The position numbers were made by a program, and so were the translations under genes. The notes under the pieces are model-generated. The model worked only from the letters and a program-made list of their open reading frames with translations, made no database searches and was not told where the DNA came from. Shown here piece after piece: positions 58,455 through 64,000 of a stretch of 64,000 nt of DNA; within the stretch, counting starts at the first letter, position 1; each line of letters begins with the position of its first letter. This DNA is from Candidatus Latescibacterota bacterium (lineage in GTDB: Bacteria; Latescibacterota; UBA2968), in the NCBI GenBank assembly GCA_965222605.1, contig OZ244960.1:1376001-1440000 (forward strand), read 5' to 3'.

Positions 58455-59018
58455 TCACCGAATAACAATTGCATGTGCGACTTCGGGACCATGCACACCC
58501 AGCGTCAATCGCATTTCAATATCTGCGGTTCGGCTCGGTCCAGAAATAAAAGTTGCCGTTGCATTTTCGGGATGATCCAGATAAAACTGGCGCAACGGCT
58601 CAGCCGCATCCTTCAAATTTTCCAGCAGCGTACTCGCCTTAAAAATACCGATATGTACGCGGGGCAATGTCGAAACAAGACGCACGGCATCATCCAGAGC
58701 AAACTCGACGAGACTTCCCGACTCGGCCACCCCAAAAGCCGCCCAGGACACCCCCACCTCGGCAGCATCAATCGCGTGGGGCAATTCGGAACTATCAAAG
58801 GGCGGCACATACACATCAATCCCCGCATCCACACACGCACGCTCAATAGCATCGTCTAACCCATCTGGCAACTCGGCGAACACAACCCGCTTACAACCGC
58901 CCTCCCTGAGCACATTGACCACAATGGGCGCAACCGCATCAACGCCATCGGCCACATGCGCGATACCAGACAAAGACGCGTACTTTTCGACAAATGCATC
59001 AATTAACTCATCACTCAT
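58455..59018 (-). CDS. LUD domain protein (LutC/YkgG family)
   Basis: GVAESGS, LPRVH, FISGPSRTADIE..LTLGVHGP. Confidence 0.9.
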   Translation of the reverse strand: MSDELIDAFVEKYASLSGIAHVADGVDAVAPIVVNVLREGGCKRVVFAELPDGLDDAIERACVDAGIDVYVPPFDSSELPHAIDAAEVGVSWAAFGVAESGSLVEFALDDAVRLVSTLPRVHIGIFKASTLLENLKDAAEPLRQFYLDHPENATATFISGPSRTADIEMRLTLGVHGPEVAHAIVIR

Positions 59019-59195
59019 AATCCACCTATCATATAAAAGTTTTAAAGGGCATCAAAAGTAATGCGAAATACCTTTTCACGCAAGTACACATACAAGTAAG
59101 CCCCTAATTTAAACTTTACACTTTGCACTTTGCAACCCGTCCATTATCTTAAATCTGTTCCCGTACAAACTATCCATTTTTCACTGGTAACTACC

Positions 59196-60194
59196 ATGCG
59201 CTCTCCAATACGCATCGCACAAATCGGCCTTGGGCCACTCGGCCAGATGCTCACCCCTTATCTGATAAAACGATCGGGCATTGAAATTGTCAGCGCCGTT
59301 GATATTGACCCATCCAAAACAAATCGCGACCTGGGCGAAGTGAGCCAATGCGACCAACCCCTCGGCATAGCGATCACCGATGATCTCCGCAGAGGATTGG
59401 CCGACGCAGATCTCGCTGTGGTGACAACCGTATCAGAACTTCAACGCATAGCCCCTACATTAAAAGAAATTATCAACCAGGGCGTCAACATCGTCTCAAC
59501 CTGCGAAGAACTGTCTTATCCCTGGACAACACAACCCGAATTATCCGAAACCATCGACACCTGGGCAAAAGAACACAAGGTCTCTGTACTCGGAACCGGC
59601 ATCAACCCCGGTTTTCTCATGGACTTTTTGCCCACAGCGGCCACGGGCGTGTGTCACACCGTGCAATCCATACGCATAGAACGCATCCAGGATGCCTCTG
59701 CGCGCCGTCTCCCTTTTCAGCAAAAAATAGGGGCTGGCCTCACCGTTGAAGAATTTCAGAGCCTCGTCGCACAAAAAAAAATTCGCCACGTCGGCCTAAC
59801 CGAATCCATGCATATGATCGCAGCGCGATTGGGGTGGCAACTCGACCACACCGAAGACATAGTGGAACCCGTTGTCGCAGAAACGGGGCGTTGTGCAGGC
59901 GTATTGCAAACGGGACGGGGATACCACAACGGACGGGAAGTCCTCACCCTCATCTTCAAAGCCGCCGTCGGACGAGCGATGCACAATGGCGATTCAATCG
60001 AATCTCAGGAGCGCATCCAGATCAATGGCACACCCGCTTATGACCTCATCATACCCGGCGGCATCAACGGCGACATCGCCACCTGTGCAGTTATCGCCAA
60101 TGCCATCCCAATAATCGCATCTGCCGCGCCCGGGCTACGCACCATGATTGACATACCCCCACTTTCCTGCGCGCAAACAATTCATGAGGGATAG
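59196..60194 (+). CDS. 2,4-diaminopentanoate dehydrogenase (Ord)-like / DapB-like oxidoreductase
   Basis: GLGPLG, STCEELSYP, GTGINPGFLMD, KKIRHVGLTES, GDIAT. Confidence 0.8.
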   Translation: MRSPIRIAQIGLGPLGQMLTPYLIKRSGIEIVSAVDIDPSKTNRDLGEVSQCDQPLGIAITDDLRRGLADADLAVVTTVSELQRIAPTLKEIINQGVNIVSTCEELSYPWTTQPELSETIDTWAKEHKVSVLGTGINPGFLMDFLPTAATGVCHTVQSIRIERIQDASARRLPFQQKIGAGLTVEEFQSLVAQKKIRHVGLTESMHMIAARLGWQLDHTEDIVEPVVAETGRCAGVLQTGRGYHNGREVLTLIFKAAVGRAMHNGDSIESQERIQINGTPAYDLIIPGGINGDIATCAVIANAIPIIASAAPGLRTMIDIPPLSCAQTIHEG

Positions 60195-62081
60195 ATGCCA
60201 CCTGTTATAGGCGATTTTGACCTGCACCTGCACAGCGAAGGCAATCACCATCACATCTACGATTGCCTCGGCGCACACCCCACAGAAAACCAATCGGGCG
60301 TGCGTTTTGCCGTGTGGGCACCCAATGCCCGGCGTGTAAGCGTGGTTGGCGACTTCAACGCCTGGAATGGATGCCAGCACCCCATGCGAAACAGGGGCAG
60401 TACGGGTATATGGGAGCTATTCATCCCCGATCTAACGCCTGGCACCATCTACAAATACGAAATCAAAACCCAAAACGGCGATGTCTTTACCAAGAGCGAC
60501 CCCTATGCCTTCTGTATGGAACACCGCCCGCGCACAGCCTCTGTTGTGTACCAGCCCGACGATGTCTTGTGGTCCGATGCCGATTGGCTGCAAACCCGCC
60601 GCGAAAGAGACCTATACACAGAACCAATCGCCATATACGAAGTACACCTCGGATCCTGGCGGCGTAACCCGCTCGAAGACAACCGATCACTCACCTATCG
60701 CGAACTCGCGCATGAACTAGTCGAATACGTCCTCGAAATGGGCTATACCCACATCGAACTCCTCCCCATCATGGAACATCCCTTAGACGAATCCTGGGGG
60801 TATCAGGTCACGGGCTATTACGCACCAACCAGCCGTTTTGGCACGCCAGATGATTTCAAATATTTCGTCAACCATTGTCACACCCATGGCATTGGCGTCA
60901 TCCTCGATTGGGTACCCGCACACTTTCCAACAGACGCGCATGGACTCGCGCAATTTGACGGTTCAGCCATCTACGAACACGCCGACCCACGGCAAGGGAC
61001 ACACCCCGATTGGGGTACTTTAATTTTCAATTACGGACGCAATGAAGTGCGCAATTTTCTAATTGCCAATGCCCTCTTCTGGATCGAAAAATATCACATC
61101 GACGGCTTGCGCGTCGATGCAGTTGCATCCATGCTCTACCTCGATTATTCGCGCAAAGAAGGCGAATGGATACCCAACCGCTATGGCGGCAGGGAAAATT
61201 TAGACGCCATCGCCTTTATGCATCAACTCAACACCCTGATCCACGAAAAGTTCCCGGGCGTCTTGATGATCGCCGAAGAATCGACCTCATGGCCCGGCGT
61301 CTCTCGCCCCGTTTATCTGGGCGGCCTCGGATTTGGATTCAAATGGAACATGGGCTGGATGAACGACACCCTGTCCTATATCTCTAAAGAACCGATCCAC
61401 CGCAAATACCATCACGACAACCTCACCTTTGGCCTCGTCTATGCCTTTCACGAAAACTTCATCCTCGTACTTTCCCACGACGAAGTCGTTCACGGCAAAC
61501 GCGCACTCATCGACAAAATGCCCGGCGACCGCTGGCAGAAATTCGCCAATCTGCGCGCCTTTTACGCTTTTCAATACGCCCATCCCGGCAAAAAGTTGCT
61601 CTTTATGGGCAGTGAACTCGGCCAATGGCAAGAGTGGTATTCACAGGAGAGCATACACTGGCACCTGCTCGCAGAACCCGATCACGCGGGCCTGAAGCGC
61701 TTTGTGAGAGACCTCAACACGCTCTATCGGGGAGAACCTGCGCTTTACGAACGGGATTTTGACCCCGAAGGATTTGAATGGATCTCGCTTCACGACGCCT
61801 CAAACAGCGTCCTATCCTTCTTGCGCCGCGCGCGATCACACGATGCCCCTTTGATCTTTGCCTGCAACTTTACCCCTGTCCCAAGAGAAAATTATCGCAT
61901 TGGTGTGCCCACCCCGGGCACCTACCGCGAACTCATCAACAGCGATTCCGAACGCTATGGCGGCAGCAACATGGGCAATCTCGGCACTGTTCACACCGCC
62001 CCCATCGCAAGTCACGGACATCCGCAATCCCTGCAAATCACCCTTCCCCCCCTCGCTGCTGTCATATTCAAGCCCGAGTAA
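60195..62081 (+). CDS. glgB: 1,4-alpha-glucan branching enzyme
   Basis: [54 protein letters not shown]. Confidence 0.96.
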   Translation: MPPVIGDFDLHLHSEGNHHHIYDCLGAHPTENQSGVRFAVWAPNARRVSVVGDFNAWNGCQHPMRNRGSTGIWELFIPDLTPGTIYKYEIKTQNGDVFTKSDPYAFCMEHRPRTASVVYQPDDVLWSDADWLQTRRERDLYTEPIAIYEVHLGSWRRNPLEDNRSLTYRELAHELVEYVLEMGYTHIELLPIMEHPLDESWGYQVTGYYAPTSRFGTPDDFKYFVNHCHTHGIGVILDWVPAHFPTDAHGLAQFDGSAIYEHADPRQGTHPDWGTLIFNYGRNEVRNFLIANALFWIEKYHIDGLRVDAVASMLYLDYSRKEGEWIPNRYGGRENLDAIAFMHQLNTLIHEKFPGVLMIAEESTSWPGVSRPVYLGGLGFGFKWNMGWMNDTLSYISKEPIHRKYHHDNLTFGLVYAFHENFILVLSHDEVVHGKRALIDKMPGDRWQKFANLRAFYAFQYAHPGKKLLFMGSELGQWQEWYSQESIHWHLLAEPDHAGLKRFVRDLNTLYRGEPALYERDFDPEGFEWISLHDASNSVLSFLRRARSHDAPLIFACNFTPVPRENYRIGVPTPGTYRELINSDSERYGGSNMGNLGTVHTAPIASHGHPQSLQITLPPLAAVIFKPE

Positions 62082-62106
62082 GATCCCTTAAAAAAGAGGT
62101 TTTTTT

Positions 62107-64000
62107 ATGATCAGATCACTTGACCGCACAGGCATCTGGCGGACTTATTCCATAGACAGTGGCCTTCCAGGGCAATGCATTGAATACATTGCCGAAGACA
62201 GCGAAGGGTATCTCTAGTTCGCCACCTGGGATAACGGAGTTAGTCGCTTCGATGGGGACGAGTTTCAAAATTTTACACGACAGGACGGTCTTGTTAGTGA
62301 CCGCGTTTATTTTATTCAAAAGGACAGTCAGAATCGGTTGTGGTTTGGTACATTAAATGGGGTCTGCTGGTACGACGGAGCAAATTTCCACCATCTGGAG
62401 GACGATGGGATCGCAGGCCGTGCTGTGCAGTTCATTTACGAAGATCGTGAGGGTCGTATATGGTGTGGTGGGCACAGGACTCTGGGATATTACGACGGCA
62501 CTATGTTCCACGATTTGATTCCGCTCTATCTCCAGCACTACGAGCGGCCGCCTTCTCCTATGTGGCCCAAACAGTGTCGGGGTATTACTCAGGATCCGGA
62601 AGGTCATCTGTGGTTTGGCTTTAACTACCTCATCCGTTTCGATGGCATATCCTTCCATCGCTATGAGGAGAAAGAGGGTTTTCCTCGACGCCAGACGAGC
62701 TATGCCGTGGGACAGGACCATACCGGCAAGGTGTGGATCGGTCAGCGGGAAAACGAAAACCAACTCTGGTGCTATGCCGATGGCACCTTCCAGCCTGTTG
62801 AGGTAGATTTGGGTGGGGTCCTGCGCAGCATTCAGTGTGACGGTGAAGGTCGGATGTGGTTTAGCACTTCCGAAGGTGTGCTCTATCATGACGGTGATGG
62901 GTTCAGCAGGTTTACCCTTGCCGATGGCCTGCCCCATCCCGCAGTCAAAGCCGTATTCCAGGATCGCGAGCATCAGTTTTGGTTCGCCACCTGGGGTGGC
63001 GTTGTGCTCTACGATGCACATAGTATCAGCGTTTTCGATCTCGGTAAGGAATTCGGCTCAATCAATTATGAGATCTCTCAGATTGCACAAGACCGGCGAG
63101 GTGATCTATGGATCGGGTATGCGTCTTATGATTACAGGTCTATGAAAGAAAGCGTCGGTCGCTTCAATGGCGAGCACTTTGAATTTGTAGGCACTGAGGA
63201 TGGCTTGGATATCAACAACTGTTTCGCCATCTGTGAGGACCACGACGGAACTGTGTGGTTCGGCGGCCGCAACGGCTTGTTCCGCTACGAAGATCAGCAG
63301 CTTAAAAAAATAAAAACAATTGCAGGTTTAGGCGAAAAAACGGTCAGCGCCATCGCGCAAGACAGGGAAGGACAATTTCTTTTTGGCTGTTGGGAAAGCG
63401 GCCCCATAGGAATAAAAGAAGAGCTTTATACCAGCCCATTGAAGATCATTTACCAGCAGGGCGATCAGTTCCAAACTATTTTTCAGGATAATGAGAAGAA
63501 AGATCCTTTCAGCCGCATCGGCACGGTAATTGCCGGGCGCAATGGCGAGGTCTATTTTCATCTCGTTCACCAAAATTTCTCCAATAACGACAAGGGTTTC
63601 GCTCGCTGGCATCCCGAAGAGGGGCTTAAATTTTATGGAATTGAAGATGGGCTGATAGACACCAATGTCAACGACCTGCTATTAGACCGCAATGGCAACC
63701 TGTGGATCGCCACTCAGAGGGGTCTTTGTTGCTTTGATGGCAGTGCCTTCCGCAACTTCACGGCTGAAGAGATTCTGCTAAGCAACGCCATCCATTGTTT
63801 GTTCGAGGATCGGAAAGGACACCTCTGGCTCGGCACAGACAGGGGTGTGGTTCACTTTGATAGTCGGTTTTTCCAGACCATCAAGTCATCGCACATAGGA
63901 ACGGTTTGCCAGATACTCGAAGACCGCGACGGAACGTTCTGGTTTGGTACAGTCCAAAACACCCTGGTACGCTACCGTCAGCGGCAAATTCCGCCCCTGA
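62107..64000 (+). pseudogene. Two-component regulator propeller (Reg_prop) repeat protein with in-frame TAG at codon 37; 3' end outside window
   Basis: RBS GAGG, ATG62107: MIRSLDRTGIWRTYSIDSGL...EDSEGYL-TAG(62215-62217)-FATWDNG. The frame then stays open to the window end with many DxxGxhW repeats. Absent from the ORF track. Confidence 0.75.

Noticed and set aside
62215-62217. Pyrrolysine or amber recoding
   Set aside because: TAG is used as a normal stop elsewhere in the window, the position is a structural Trp, and it is one transition from TGG.

Overview
Gene-dense chromosomal window (~50-55% GC by eye) from a heterotrophic bacterium. The mix of sulfatases, amidohydrolases, aldo/keto reductases, two large DUF6785/DUF6784-type membrane proteins and a Reg_prop beta-propeller protein resembles marine or sponge-associated lineages such as Latescibacterota or Poribacteria, but this is inference only. 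About 60 CDS are present: sugar, amino-sugar and amide catabolic enzymes (1-34 kb), an OadG/B/A Na+-translocating decarboxylase with birA, yejABEF, glnB-glnE, glgB and two type II toxin-antitoxin pairs. No rRNA, tRNA or CRISPR array was seen. Features missed or truncated by the ORF track: (1) an ArsC-family gene 570-920 whose catalytic Cys codon is an in-frame TGA followed by a SECIS-like hairpin, i.e. a probable selenoprotein; (2) an internally deleted PhyH-like remnant 381-552; (3) a Reg_prop propeller gene from 62107 to the window end with a TAG where Trp is expected. A TnpB-only IS200/IS605 element (36944-38139) has inferable ends: it supplies the host gene's stop codon, uses the putative TAM TTGAC as its own -35 box, and its removal restores a clean host C-terminus. 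Two uncharacterised polytopic membrane paralogues and an 8xCxxC zinc-ribbon protein lie in a possible amino-sugar/glycosaminoglycan catabolic region.
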